NCBI GenBank assembly: GCA_963817895.1
Contig: CAWFQB010000004.1
Span: 288,001-352,000, forward strand
Direction: 5' to 3'
DNA length: 64,000 bases
From: an uncultured Chthonomonadaceae bacterium
Lineage (GTDB): Bacteria; Armatimonadota; Chthonomonadetes; Chthonomonadales; Chthonomonadaceae
Part shown: positions 39,145 to 49,362 of the stretch, one piece after another
How the letters are laid out: each line of letters opens with the position of its first letter
Numbering within the stretch: the first letter of the stretch is position 1
Program-made: the position numbers and the translations under genes
The notes under the pieces: generated by a model
Databases searched by the model: none
What the model was told of the DNA's origin: nothing
What the model saw: the letters and a program-made list of their open reading frames with translations, nothing else

Positions 39145-40173
39145 GGGCCTTGTGCTAGTTAGGGAAGGCCAGTGCCTTGATCTGCAAGAACTCTGCCTTG
39201 CCGAGCAAGCGGTTTAGATAGATGCACACGGTATGGGCGGTCAACTTGGCGTACAAGCGGGTACACAAGCCCCAAAAACTATGCGCATGATTGGTTTCGA
39301 CGTTGAACTGTTGCGTGAGTTGCCCATTGACCGTCTCGATTATCTGCCGCAAACGGTTGAAGCGGTACTTGGTTTCGCGACTAACCTGTTGTTTCTGGTT
39401 GGAACGCGGCAGGGTTAGCAGACGGACATTGCGTTGGGCACACTGTTCCTTCGCTTCCTGACTGATGTAGCCTTTGTCGCCCATGACCAGCAAATTCGCG
39501 TGGGCCGACAGGATTTCCTGCCCCACGCTCAGGTCGGTTTCGTTGGCAGGGGCGAGTTCAAAGTCCAGAATAGTTCCGTTGACAGCTAACAACAAGTGCA
39601 GTTTGTAGCCGAAGATTGTCCACTTCTTGGAACTGACTTTGCCGAAGGTCGCGCCGTGTTCTTTCCAGCCGCTGCCCGCCTGCGGAGCCAGATGAAAGCC
39701 GACAACGGGAACCGGCAGGCTGTCAAGCAAGCATTGTCCATCTTGGGCTAAGTCCAACAAGCCAAGTACACCTTGACGGATCAGGTTCATCGCCTGACAC
39801 AGGGTACGGCGGCGACGATTGAAGCGCGAACGCTCGGGCAAATGCGGGAATAAGTGGCGGTACATCCGCCATTCCTGCATCATCTCCGTTTCTTTGTCCC
39901 ACCCCCGGCACTCGCCCACAAGGGCGAGCGTGAGCAATTCGGCATCACTGCACTCGGATTGGGGGCCGGGATGGGTGAACTGACTGCCGATTTCTTGCCA
40001 GATACTGTCAATCACATAGTAGACCCACAAGCAGAAGTCGTCAAAATGCGTTATCATGGAAGTGCCTTTCGTTACGCGCGGAGTTTGTGTGATGATAAAC
40101 TCTTGTACGTAACGAAGGCACAAACTGAACAAAGGACAGGCCACACAATGACGTGCTAACTAGCACAAGGCCC
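39145..40173 (-). mobile_element. IS982-family insertion sequence, complete
   Basis: Perfect 18-bp terminal inverted repeats GGGCCTTGTGCTAGTTAG (39145-39162 and 40156-40173); AACTA duplicated on both sides. Confidence 0.92.
39155..40057 (-). CDS. IS982-family DDE transposase
   Basis: LPERSRFNRR, LDSLPVPV, FGYKLHL, GDKGY, RQIIETVNGQL. Confidence 0.93.
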   Translation of the reverse strand: MITHFDDFCLWVYYVIDSIWQEIGSQFTHPGPQSECSDAELLTLALVGECRGWDKETEMMQEWRMYRHLFPHLPERSRFNRRRRTLCQAMNLIRQGVLGLLDLAQDGQCLLDSLPVPVVGFHLAPQAGSGWKEHGATFGKVSSKKWTIFGYKLHLLLAVNGTILDFELAPANETDLSVGQEILSAHANLLVMGDKGYISQEAKEQCAQRNVRLLTLPRSNQKQQVSRETKYRFNRLRQIIETVNGQLTQQFNVETNHAHSFWGLCTRLYAKLTAHTVCIYLNRLLGKAEFLQIKALAFPN

Positions 40174-40199
40174 AACTAACAACCTAACAACTCAAACCA

Positions 40200-40234
40200 A
40201 AAGCCCGAAACCACAACAATGGTTTCGGGCTTTT
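40200..40234. terminator. Bidirectional intrinsic terminator-like hairpin
   Basis: AAAGCCCGAAACCA-CAACAA-TGGTTTCGGGCTTTT. Confidence 0.7.
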
Positions 40235-40289
40235 AGTTTGTTTGCGGGACGCGCAGGGAAAAGCGCGACCGCGAACAAAACGGCAGGGG

Positions 40290-40610
40290 CTACATTTTGC
40301 CGCCCTTGTCCATTTTGTCGCCGCCCATTTTGCCCTTGTCGCCGCTCATCTTGCTCTTATCGGTCATTTTGCCCTTGCCGGTCATCTTGCCCTTGCCGGT
40401 CATTTTGCCTTTGCTGGTCATCTTGCCCTTGCTGGTCATTTTGCCTTTGCCGGACATCTTGCTTTTGTCGGCCATCTTGCCGCCCATTTTGTCCTGAGAC
40501 ATTTTGCCCTTGTCCATCTTGTCTTTATCCATCTTGTCCTGGGCGACGCTGGAACCTACGACACCGAACATCAGAGTGGCGACGCTCAACAATGCAAGCA
40601 ACTTCTTCAT
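40290..40610 (-). CDS. Secreted Met/Lys-rich repeat protein (pentapeptide MXKDX-like)
   Basis: GGAGG RBS, signal peptide, then DKMDK and KGKMT(S/G/D) repeats. Confidence 0.85.
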   Translation of the reverse strand: MKKLLALLSVATLMFGVVGSSVAQDKMDKDKMDKGKMSQDKMGGKMADKSKMSGKGKMTSKGKMTSKGKMTGKGKMTGKGKMTDKSKMSGDKGKMGGDKMDKGGKM

Positions 40611-40949
40611 GACAAATCCTCCCACGGTTATTATACTCACGTTGATTGGGCGCTCTGCATCGGCATGAGATAAAATTCAGCATGGCATAAGGATGCAGGC
40701 ATTTCCCCGCATATATTAGGCAAACAGCCCTGCTATTCCTGCCTGCCCTGCGCAAAAGAATCTTTTTTATTAAAAATTTTCATAGAATATATCGAAAGTT
40801 GTAGTATTTACAGGCGGCATGTCTTCTTTTGCGCGGAAGCGTTGCGGCAACGGCGTCGGGTATAATGTTGCCGTCCACTTTCCAATAACAAGATTAGAAA
40901 CCCAGGCGAAAATTTCTGTGGACAGCACCGGTTTGGAGGCTTTAAGACA

Positions 40950-42062
40950 ATGACGCAAACGCCCCTGCCGCCTGTGAGCGATAACATCACGCGGCTGATT
41001 CCTTATACTCCCGGCAAACCTGTGGATGAGGTGAAGCGAGAGCTTGGCCTGACGCATGTGGTCAAGCTGGCGAGCAATGAAAACTCGCTCGGCCCCGCGC
41101 CCAAAGCTATAGAAGCGGTTCAGAAGATGGCCGCGAAAATGCACATCTACCCGGATGCCGATGTTCACGAACTGCGGCAGGCGCTTGCCGCGCATCTGGA
41201 GGTCGCGCCCGAAACGCTTGTGTTCGGCAACGGCTCGGACGACATCATTCATCTGCTCGGACTTACGCTGCTTTTGCCGGGCGATGAAATTATACAGGCC
41301 GATCCCAGTTTCGTGCGCTACGAGGCCGCCGCCATTTTCAACAACGCGGTCTGCCATTTTGTGCCATTAACGCCAGATTTCCGCCACGACCTGAAGGCAA
41401 TGGCCGACCGCGTCAATGACCGGACCCGCCTGATTTTTATCTGCAATCCCAATAACCCCACTTCGACGATTGTAACGCGGGAGGAACTGGAAGCGTTTCT
41501 GGCGATTGTTCCGCCTCGTGTCGTGGTGGTTCTGGATGAGGCGTATTACGAGTACGCGATGGGAGCGGCGGAGTACCCGGACAGCCTGCGCTATGTACGC
41601 GAAGGGCGCAACGTGGTTGTGCTGCGTACCTTTTCCAAAGCCTACGGGCTGGCAGGGCATCGTATCGGGTACGGCGTGATGCGCCCCGAAATCGCCGGAT
41701 GGCTGAACCGGACGCGCGAACCGTTCAATGTCAACTATATGGCGCAGGTGGCTGCCGTCGCCGCCCTGTCCGATGCGGAGCATATCGCGCGTACCCTTGC
41801 CATGAACGAACGGGGTAAATGCGATCTGTACGCGGGCTGCGAAGAACTTGGCCTGACGGTTACGCCCACGTATGCCAATTTCGTCTGGATTGATCTCAAA
41901 ACCGATGCGAAAGCCATATTTCAGGGCTTGCTGCATCGGGGCGTGATTGCCCGCGTCAGCGACAGTTTCCGCGCCCCGACCCATATCCGCGTCACCATCG
42001 GCACACCCGAAGAGAACGCATGCTTCCTGTCCGCTCTGCGCGAAGTGTTGAAAGATGTGTAG
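40950..42062 (+). CDS. hisC: Histidinol-phosphate aminotransferase
   Basis: KLASNEN, GNGSDD, CNPNNPT, DEAYYEY, RTFSKAYGLAGHRIGY. Confidence 0.93.
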   Translation: MTQTPLPPVSDNITRLIPYTPGKPVDEVKRELGLTHVVKLASNENSLGPAPKAIEAVQKMAAKMHIYPDADVHELRQALAAHLEVAPETLVFGNGSDDIIHLLGLTLLLPGDEIIQADPSFVRYEAAAIFNNAVCHFVPLTPDFRHDLKAMADRVNDRTRLIFICNPNNPTSTIVTREELEAFLAIVPPRVVVVLDEAYYEYAMGAAEYPDSLRYVREGRNVVVLRTFSKAYGLAGHRIGYGVMRPEIAGWLNRTREPFNVNYMAQVAAVAALSDAEHIARTLAMNERGKCDLYAGCEELGLTVTPTYANFVWIDLKTDAKAIFQGLLHRGVIARVSDSFRAPTHIRVTIGTPEENACFLSALREVLKDV

Positions 42063-42315
42063 CCCTCAACCCCCAGCCCCTGCTCCCAAAAAAGCCTGGG
42101 AGAAGGGGAGCTATTAAGCTTACTGCTGGGCGAGATTAGTGAAACCGACCTCGCGTAATTTTCGTCATGCCTGGTTAAACCGTTGCGGCTTTGAGCCACA
42201 AATAGCCTTCATTCTTAAGATTAGACCTCATGAACTCCGTTCGCCGTAGAGAATAAGATAAGCGACTCCCCTTCTCCCAGGCTTTTTGGGAGAAGGGGCT
42301 GGGGGTTGAGAGCTA
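42060..42315. repeat. Pair of REP-like hairpins in inverted orientation around a spacer of about 150 bp
   Basis: TAGCCCTCAACCCCCAGCCCC...GGGAGAAGGGGAG (42060-42110) and its reverse complement (42265-42315). Confidence 0.88.
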
Positions 42316-42339
42316 CTCACAATGCTTTGAGGAGAAAAC

Positions 42340-44022
42340 ATGCCTGAACGCAAACTCCGTTCGCTGCTGCTTGTGACCGGCGCGATCCTGCTGACGCTTG
42401 CCCTTCTGCCTGCCACGCGCTGGCTGCTGTGCCTGCAAACGCGGGCGCTGGTCCTGCCCTCATTTCTGGCAGGCAATCGCGAAGACCGCGAAAGCTGCGT
42501 TGCCCAATCCCATCCCGGCGATTATCCCATTCAAGTGGCCCGCGCCCTGTCCATGCCATTGTCGCCGGGTACGCCTGCCGCCGCCAGAATTCAGCGATTG
42601 AACGCGCTGACCGAACGGTTCCCGAATGAGCCAACACTGTACGCGCATCTGCTGCGCTACTATACGATGGGAACCGTGGGACTGCATCGCGAAGAACAGA
42701 ATGAGCTTTCTCCCGAACCTGTCAGCCATGCCGACAAGCCCAAACACTCCCTGCCCGCCGACCTTGCCGCCTTCGATGCCGCCGCCGCGCAGGGCGAACG
42801 GCTCGACCCAAACAACGCCTATTTTCCCTTTATACGGGCGGCGGGATTGTATGAAGCGGGCCGGGATGCGGACGCCATCGCCGCCGTTCATCGCGCCGCG
42901 CAAAAAACGCGCTATGAGGACTACGCAAGCGCGGAATTTCAGGCGAAAGACCGCTTTTACGCCCTTGCGCATGGCCGACAGAACGGCATTGAGCGCGTGT
43001 CGCTTTCCGCCGCCCTGCTGTTTCCGCACTTCGCCATTCTGCGCGGCGTCGCCCGCATGAACACCATCAGCGCGGTTCACGCGGAACTGGCCGGAAATTC
43101 GGAACTGGGCATACAGCTTCGCCACGATACTATGCGGATGGGCGATATGATGCGCGTACAGGGTCGCTCCCTGATCGCCAATCTTGTCGGCATTGCCATT
43201 GCCGCCATTCCGCAAAGCCGTCCGGGCGGCGCGCCTGTCGTGAAAAGTTCCAGCAATGCGACGACGGACGCGGAGCGGGAAAAGCTGCTGCAAGCGAAGC
43301 GCGAAAAATACTACGCCTATCTGCGTTCTATCGGGCATGACGACGAGGCGAGATTCGCAAAAGCGGAACTGGAAGCGGGTCTTCAGGCCAGAAACGTATC
43401 CAAGAAAATCACGGACAACATGACAGAAAAGGGGCCGTACGGGATTCGTTCGCTTGTGAAAACCGGCGTGTGGTGGGTGGCGACGCTGCTCACGCTGTCC
43501 AACGCGCTTGGCCTGCTGATAGTGGGCAGTCTGGCGTTTCTGGCGGCGAAAGCGCACCCTGCCAAAAACGCGAATATGTGGCGGGGCGCGCTCGGCGTTG
43601 CTGCCGCTGTTCTGCTTGGCCTGCTTGTCGTCAACGTGAACCGGCTGGCTGTAGACATGTACGCGACGCCCATTCAGCTGATGAATCTGTCCGGCAATTC
43701 CGTGTACGACGCGCATACGGGAGAACTCGTCACTCGCGCATTGGGAACGGTCTTCGCGCTTGGCTTCCCCCTCCTTCTGCTTGGCATGGTTGCTGTCGTT
43801 AGCCGGAAGGCGTGGGCGGATTTTTCGGCTAATCTGGGCCGCTGGCTACGCTCCCTTGCCGTTCCGATGGCCTGCGGCCTGCTCATAATCTACAGCCTGC
43901 TGCTATTGGGAACGGCGCGGCAGGAGGAGCAGCTTCGCGTCGGGCTGGATAAAATGGTCACGCATGAAGCCGTCTACAACGCCTCGCAAGCCGGTTTGAC
44001 ATGGCCCGGTCCTGTTCGGTAA
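42340..44022 (+). CDS. Hypothetical membrane protein (TPR-like extracytoplasmic part plus about 4 C-terminal TM helices)
   Basis: 560-aa ORF with GAGGAG RBS; GERLDPNNAYFPFIRAA helical motif; hydrophobic C-terminus. Confidence 0.75.
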   Translation: MPERKLRSLLLVTGAILLTLALLPATRWLLCLQTRALVLPSFLAGNREDRESCVAQSHPGDYPIQVARALSMPLSPGTPAAARIQRLNALTERFPNEPTLYAHLLRYYTMGTVGLHREEQNELSPEPVSHADKPKHSLPADLAAFDAAAAQGERLDPNNAYFPFIRAAGLYEAGRDADAIAAVHRAAQKTRYEDYASAEFQAKDRFYALAHGRQNGIERVSLSAALLFPHFAILRGVARMNTISAVHAELAGNSELGIQLRHDTMRMGDMMRVQGRSLIANLVGIAIAAIPQSRPGGAPVVKSSSNATTDAEREKLLQAKREKYYAYLRSIGHDDEARFAKAELEAGLQARNVSKKITDNMTEKGPYGIRSLVKTGVWWVATLLTLSNALGLLIVGSLAFLAAKAHPAKNANMWRGALGVAAAVLLGLLVVNVNRLAVDMYATPIQLMNLSGNSVYDAHTGELVTRALGTVFALGFPLLLLGMVAVVSRKAWADFSANLGRWLRSLAVPMACGLLIIYSLLLLGTARQEEQLRVGLDKMVTHEAVYNASQAGLTWPGPVR

Positions 44023-44054
44023 CGGACGCGAAACGTTGTTGAAAGGGGGAAAAT

Positions 44055-44357
44055 ATGGAACGGTATGGCCTGTTCAGCAATGAATGTGCTTGGTGTGGGC
44101 GGGAAGTCAATCGTAAATTCCATCAAGATTGTCCCGATTGTGGAAAAGATTTGCAGACGCGGCCCTGTCCCTCGTGCGGCAGTTCGATAAGCTCAACGGG
44201 AACCCTCTGCCCTGTCTGCAACTGGTCGGCGTTCAGCCAGCCGGGTTTCAAAGCGCAATATATCCTGATGATTGTGGGTATGGTCGCCCTTATCATTTAC
44301 GCGATACTGATGGTGATGGGCTATCCTGTGCCGAATCTGCGCCCGTTTCATCCCTGA
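44055..44357 (+). CDS. Double zinc-ribbon membrane protein
   Basis: Four CxxC pairs plus a C-terminal TM helix. Confidence 0.75.
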   Translation: MERYGLFSNECAWCGREVNRKFHQDCPDCGKDLQTRPCPSCGSSISSTGTLCPVCNWSAFSQPGFKAQYILMIVGMVALIIYAILMVMGYPVPNLRPFHP

Positions 44358-44409
44358 AAATCCGAAGTGATCCTGGTTTGACATAATGACGTGAAGGGAA
44401 GGCAGAACA

Positions 44410-45204
44410 GTGCGGTTTATCGGGCTTGATCTGGCATGGGGCGCGAAGAACACGACGGGCGGCGTGACGCTGCGGCTGGAAACTGTCGCGCCTGCGCAAT
44501 CAAAACTGGTGGTGGAAGCGCAGTCCGATGCGCTGTTGACGGATGACGATATTCTGGACTTTGTGCGCCGGTCGGATACGGATGCGGGAATCGTAATCGG
44601 CGTTGACGCGCCCTTGGATGTGCCGAATTGGACGGGCGAACGTCCCGTCGAGTCCCTGCTGCGGCGTTGCTTCGGCAAGTATCAGGCGGGGGCGCATCCG
44701 GCCAACCGGCAGCGGTTCGGCGACAATGTTCGCGGTGAACGGCTGACAGCCCGGTTGGAAGCCGAGCAGGATATACGCAACGACTACGCTTTTGGGGCAG
44801 GGGATACCGGCGTTCGCGCCTGTCTGGAAGTGTTTCCGCATCCCGCGCATGTGGTGCTGTTCGGGTTGGCGCGAACGCTCAAGTACAAGGCGAAATCGGG
44901 ACGCGACACGGCTTCGCGCATGGCCGCGTATGCGCAATTGGTGGAGGGAATCCGAAGTCTGGAAGCGCGGGAACCCGGCCTTGTGGCTCCTGAGTGGCTG
45001 CGCGTTCCCGCCGACAAACAGGGATTGGCTCTGAAGCGGTATGAGGATTTGCTGGACGCGCTGATTTGCGCGTATGTGGCGGCGTACTACTGGCGTTGGG
45101 GCGATGGCGAACGCTGCATGGTCATCGGCGACAAAACCAACGGCTACATTATCTCGCCGATCACGCCCGAACTTCGCGCCTGCATCAAGGCAAACAGCGC
45201 ATAG
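44410..45204 (+). CDS. DUF429 family (predicted RNase H-like nuclease)
   Basis: FIGLDLAW, IGVDAPL, EVFPHPA, KYK, DLLDALICA. Confidence 0.88.
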   Translation: MRFIGLDLAWGAKNTTGGVTLRLETVAPAQSKLVVEAQSDALLTDDDILDFVRRSDTDAGIVIGVDAPLDVPNWTGERPVESLLRRCFGKYQAGAHPANRQRFGDNVRGERLTARLEAEQDIRNDYAFGAGDTGVRACLEVFPHPAHVVLFGLARTLKYKAKSGRDTASRMAAYAQLVEGIRSLEAREPGLVAPEWLRVPADKQGLALKRYEDLLDALICAYVAAYYWRWGDGERCMVIGDKTNGYIISPITPELRACIKANSA

Positions 45205-45226
45205 CAAAATTCAGCACAAGAGCGTA

Positions 45227-45592
45227 TTACGAAACGTTTGCTTTTTCTTCCACTTCGCCGCTTTGCCCTCTGGCTCTCCTTCTATCCAATTCGTCCGAAA
45301 GTTCCTTCATAAAGTTATCTTTGCGGTCGGGCAGAAGAATCAGCGGCACCAGGCCGAAAACCCAGGCAAATCCAAGCAATCCTAAATAGGGCGAGTAGCC
45401 TTTGCTTTTGCTGTAAAAGGTACAGCCCGCGACAAAGGTTGCCAGAGCAGGCAGCATGCAAATCCACCGGATTGCAGGCGGGACTTGCGGATACACAAAG
45501 TTTACAAGCACCACCGCCATCAAAATGCCGATGCCAATGCCGAAACTGCCTTTTACGCGATCTTCTGAAAGCATCCTCGTTTCTCCCATCAC
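45227..45592 (-). CDS. Small membrane protein
   Basis: Three hydrophobic segments; KSKGYS...LILLPDR pattern. Confidence 0.7.
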   Translation of the reverse strand: MMGETRMLSEDRVKGSFGIGIGILMAVVLVNFVYPQVPPAIRWICMLPALATFVAGCTFYSKSKGYSPYLGLLGFAWVFGLVPLILLPDRKDNFMKELSDELDRRRARGQSGEVEEKANVS

Positions 45593-47220
45593 TTGTTATG
45601 TTTAGTATACCTTGTAGGTGGCGGGGTCTGCTTGAATGTTGGGTTGAGCGCGAGACGGTGAGACAGGATGCCGCCCCTCCGCATCAACAGCACAAACGGG
45701 GCGGTTTGCAGTGGGGGCGGCAATGGCTCGTAGCGTTGGCGTATCCAGGAGTAAACGCGGGGATTGCGGTAATCCAGAGGCGTCTGTTTGTACGCTTCCC
45801 GCAGGCTGATAAGTTCGGGCGGGCGGCGTTCCAGGGAAGCGATCACGCGATCCGCGAACTGTTCCGCCCGCGCGCCCTTTACGGTCGCTTCGGAGTAAAA
45901 AACGCCGCACTGCATGGGCCGTTTGGCGGTGAAATACAGTTCCGGGTTCGTGGACGCATCGTAGAAGATTTCGTTGGGAAGCAGCAGCGTGTTGATGCGA
46001 TGGGCGACGGTATCGGCATTAATGAAAATGTCGTTGGAGTATTTCAGAATGGAGAGTTCTGCAACCGTTTGCCGCTGAAACTTCGCTTCGCGCCAGCCAA
46101 TCAAGCCGACGCAGGCGAACCCGAGAACAAGCGCCGCAATTCGGGTTTGTGGCGGGCGGGCCTGCGCCAGCGTGCTTGTGGCCCAACTGATGCCGGCCAT
46201 GAGCGGCGGCATCAGTAAGACATAATAGTAGCTCAGGTAGACGCCGGGGAGGATCACGGCGATGTACGCGCCCAGGGCAAACGCCCACAGCAGCAGCCAG
46301 GCCGAACGTAGTTGCGACTTCAAACTCAGCAGTCCAACCGGAAGCGTCAGCAGGTACAGAATGGAAAACAGGCGGAAAAAGCGGGCGTCCCAGCGATTGC
46401 GATCCAGCCCGTTGAGCAGGTTTGTGGTCAGGCTGCCGGTATACGCCCGATTGTACGTAATTACGGCGTAGTAGAAATCGCCAAAACGTCCATGCGCGGC
46501 GAAGTACAGGCAAACGCCCGTCCACGCGGCCACAATCACGCCCAGTATCAGCACGGCGCGACTCAGCGCGACACTCCGGTTGGATTTGCCGCCCGGTGGA
46601 AACGCCACATAAACCGTCAGCAGCAACAGAGGAATAACGCCAATGTTGGGTTTGTACAGCGTTGCCAGCGCGAATAGCAGACCCGCCGCGAATGTGGGTA
46701 AAAACGCGAGTGGCTTCTGCTTCGCGCCGACAAGCAGGGCAAACCCCCATATCAGACAGGCGTTGATGAACACTTCGGCATTGGGCTGATTGGCCTGAAT
46801 CACGATGTCGCCGCAGGCAAGCGCGTACCCTGCCGCGCCCAACAGCCCGTAGCGACGGTCTTCCACAAGGGCCGCGCCTGCCGCGTACACGCCGAGCAGC
46901 GTGACGCAGGCGGCAATCGCCTGCAAAATGAAAATGGTTTCGCGCCCGTATCCGAACGCCCGCTCCGCCAGCGCGAACGTGCCGTAAATCGCCGGGGGCT
47001 TCTGGTCGAAAATATCCGTGTACAGCATACGCCCGCCGAGCATCTCATGCCCGATAAGCGCGTACTGCGGCATATTGTTTTCCAGCGGTTCGTGGCGCGT
47101 ATGCGCCAGCAGCAAAACGCAAATCGCCAGCAGCGCGATCAGACTGAAAAAAATCAGCCGCCCGGAAGGGGGCGGCTTGTCCCTCGCGCCGGTTGAAGAA
47201 GCCTGTGCGGTAACAGCCAT
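45589..47220 (-). CDS. GT-C-type (ArnT/PMT-like) membrane glycosyltransferase
   Basis: LYTDIFDQKPP, NAEVF motifs and many TM helices. Confidence 0.82.
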   Translation of the reverse strand: MAVTAQASSTGARDKPPPSGRLIFFSLIALLAICVLLLAHTRHEPLENNMPQYALIGHEMLGGRMLYTDIFDQKPPAIYGTFALAERAFGYGRETIFILQAIAACVTLLGVYAAGAALVEDRRYGLLGAAGYALACGDIVIQANQPNAEVFINACLIWGFALLVGAKQKPLAFLPTFAAGLLFALATLYKPNIGVIPLLLLTVYVAFPPGGKSNRSVALSRAVLILGVIVAAWTGVCLYFAAHGRFGDFYYAVITYNRAYTGSLTTNLLNGLDRNRWDARFFRLFSILYLLTLPVGLLSLKSQLRSAWLLLWAFALGAYIAVILPGVYLSYYYVLLMPPLMAGISWATSTLAQARPPQTRIAALVLGFACVGLIGWREAKFQRQTVAELSILKYSNDIFINADTVAHRINTLLLPNEIFYDASTNPELYFTAKRPMQCGVFYSEATVKGARAEQFADRVIASLERRPPELISLREAYKQTPLDYRNPRVYSWIRQRYEPLPPPLQTAPFVLLMRRGGILSHRLALNPTFKQTPPPTRYTKHNK

Positions 47221-47234
47221 CGTTTCGCTCCAAT

Positions 47235-47348
47235 CAGGTTGTCAGGTTGTCAGGTTGTCAGGTTACAGCCGGATTACACATACCAGAATTGAGTGGTCTT
47301 TGTAACTAAATAACCTAACAACTAACAACCTAACAACCTAACAACCTA
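47235..47348. repeat. Imperfect inverted array: CAGGTTGT units versus CCTAACAA units
   Basis: CAGGTTGTCAGGTTGTCAGGTTGTCAGGTT ... AACCTAACAACTAACAACCTAACAACCTAACAACCTA; includes the stop of the upstream gene. Confidence 0.85.
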
Positions 47349-49329
47349 CTCCCGACTGTGGAGTTCGCCTGCGGCGCGAATGTCGCCATCCTTGATAATA
47401 CTTCGACGGATGAAATGCGGTCGCTGCTTCACTTCTTCAAAGATTTTAGCGATATATTCGCCGATGATACCGAGCGCGAAAAGATTCACGGCCCCGAAAA
47501 ACAGAATCGCGATTAGAACGGTGGTGATACCGGCGGGCGCGGAGGCGGGGAACAGGATTTTCGCGATAATCTGCACGAACGCCAGTCCGATTGCAATCAC
47601 GAACATCAGCGTGCCGAAGTAACTGAGCATGGTCAGCGGCGTGTTGCTGTACGAGAGTATCCCTTTTTTGGCCCACCCGATGTTTTTGCCCAGGCTGTTG
47701 GTGGTTTTGCCGAACCTCCGCTCCGGGCGAACGTAGTCCACGCCGATTTGCTTGAAGCCGACAAATGCCCGCACCCCGCGCAGGAACAAATCCCGCTCCG
47801 GGAATTTCAGCATGTTCTGCACCACGCGATAATCCATCAGAGAGAAATCGCCCGCATCGTGGGGAATGGTCAGATACGAAAACTTGTCGAACAGGCGATA
47901 AAATGCTTTATACGCGATCTGCATCAGGAATGTGGCTTCGCGCTTAATACGCTTGCCATAAACCACATCATAGCCCTTCGCGCCATTTTTCCACGAACTC
48001 CGCGATGAGTTCGGGCGGGTCCTGCAAATCGCCGTCCAGCAGAACCGCCGCGTTTTTCGTCATGATCTCCATGCCGCTGCGGAAGGCCGCCTGCGAACCG
48101 AAATTGCGCGAGTGGGAAATGCCGATAACGCGCCGGTCGTTGCGCGAAATGCCGCGTATCACCTCTTCGCTGTCGTCGGGGCTGCAATCGTTGACCAGAA
48201 TGATCTCGTACTCGATGCGCAGGCTTTCAAACGTTGTTTTCAGCCGCTCCACCATGATGGGAATGGCCTGCCCGTCCTTGTAGCAGGCCACAATCGCGCT
48301 CACGCTGTATTTGGTATCCAGCCCGAATTTTTTGGAGGATTGGTGATACCGCTCTTTGTTTTCAATGCCTTTGTACCATGCGACCATGCGCAATAGTCCG
48401 TCTTCAAAACGGGTGCGCGTCTGCCAGCCCAACCTCTCTCTGGCGCGGATAGGATTGGCGTACCAGTCCGACACGTCCCAGGCGCGGGCTTCGGCCTTGA
48501 AAACCGGCTCCTCCTGAATCTCGAACACCTTTTTGGCGGCTTGCGCGATGTCGGCAATGGTGGTTTTGCAGCCGCTGCCGATGTTGAACGACTTGCCATA
48601 ATCCTGTTCGCGCAGGTTCAGGGCGGTATCCACAAACGCTTCCGTCACATCATCCACGTACACAAAGTCGCGCGAAATATCCGGGCGCACGAACTCCGGG
48701 TAGCGGCCCTCCAGCCCGTTCTTAATCAGCGTGGGGAGCAGGCGCGAACTGTCTTCCAGCGGGCCGAACACCGAATACAGGCGCAGATTGGCGCAGGGAA
48801 ATTTTTTGTGCGTCCCATAGTAGCGCAGCAGGTTGGCGCAGGCCACTTTGGAAACCGAATAGTCGCTGTTGGGTTCGGGCAGTTCCTCTTCGCCCGGTCC
48901 GCTGGCATGGTCGCCATACTCGGAACTGCTGCCGGAATGGACGTAGCAGGCAATTCCCCGTCCCGCCAGTCGCGCCACGAGTTTGGCGGTCATGTTGAAA
49001 TTGGTCTGATAAATCAACGCGCCATCGGTTTCAAAGGAGTACGCGCCATACGCGATGCAGTTGAAAATAGTGCGGGGGCAAACGTCGTCCAGCAGCGCGT
49101 CCAGGTTGCTGTCCACCAGCAGGTCGGTCACGCGAATGTGTTCTTCCGCAATGCCCTCCAGCCGCCAGGTGGGGACATGCGTTGCCGTTCCGAATACGTC
49201 CTTGCGCGTGGCAAGCAGCGTCCGAAAAAGGTTTGCGCCCACAAAGCCGCTCGCGCCCAAAACTAAAATAGGGCCTTGCAGTTTATTGATTTTCTGTTCC
49301 AAGTCTGTCATATCAGCTGTCATATCCAA
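47346..49329 (-). CDS. NAD-dependent epimerase/dehydratase fused to a GT2 (GtrB/DPM-like) glycosyltransferase (frameshift near 47975)
   Basis: GASGFVG, SSSEYG, YSVSK; then VNDCSPD, SRNFGSQ, DGDLQDPPE, AGDFSLMD and two C-terminal TM helices. Confidence 0.9.
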
Positions 49330-49362
49330 ATAATTTTCCTGATTTGCGTCCTGATTTCTATA

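Noticed and set aside
40238..40673. Plus-strand Cys-rich or His-rich repeat ORFs (CPCRSS..., GHLALA...)
   Set aside because: These are alternative-frame readings of the minus-strand Met/Lys repeat gene, which has the RBS and signal peptide.
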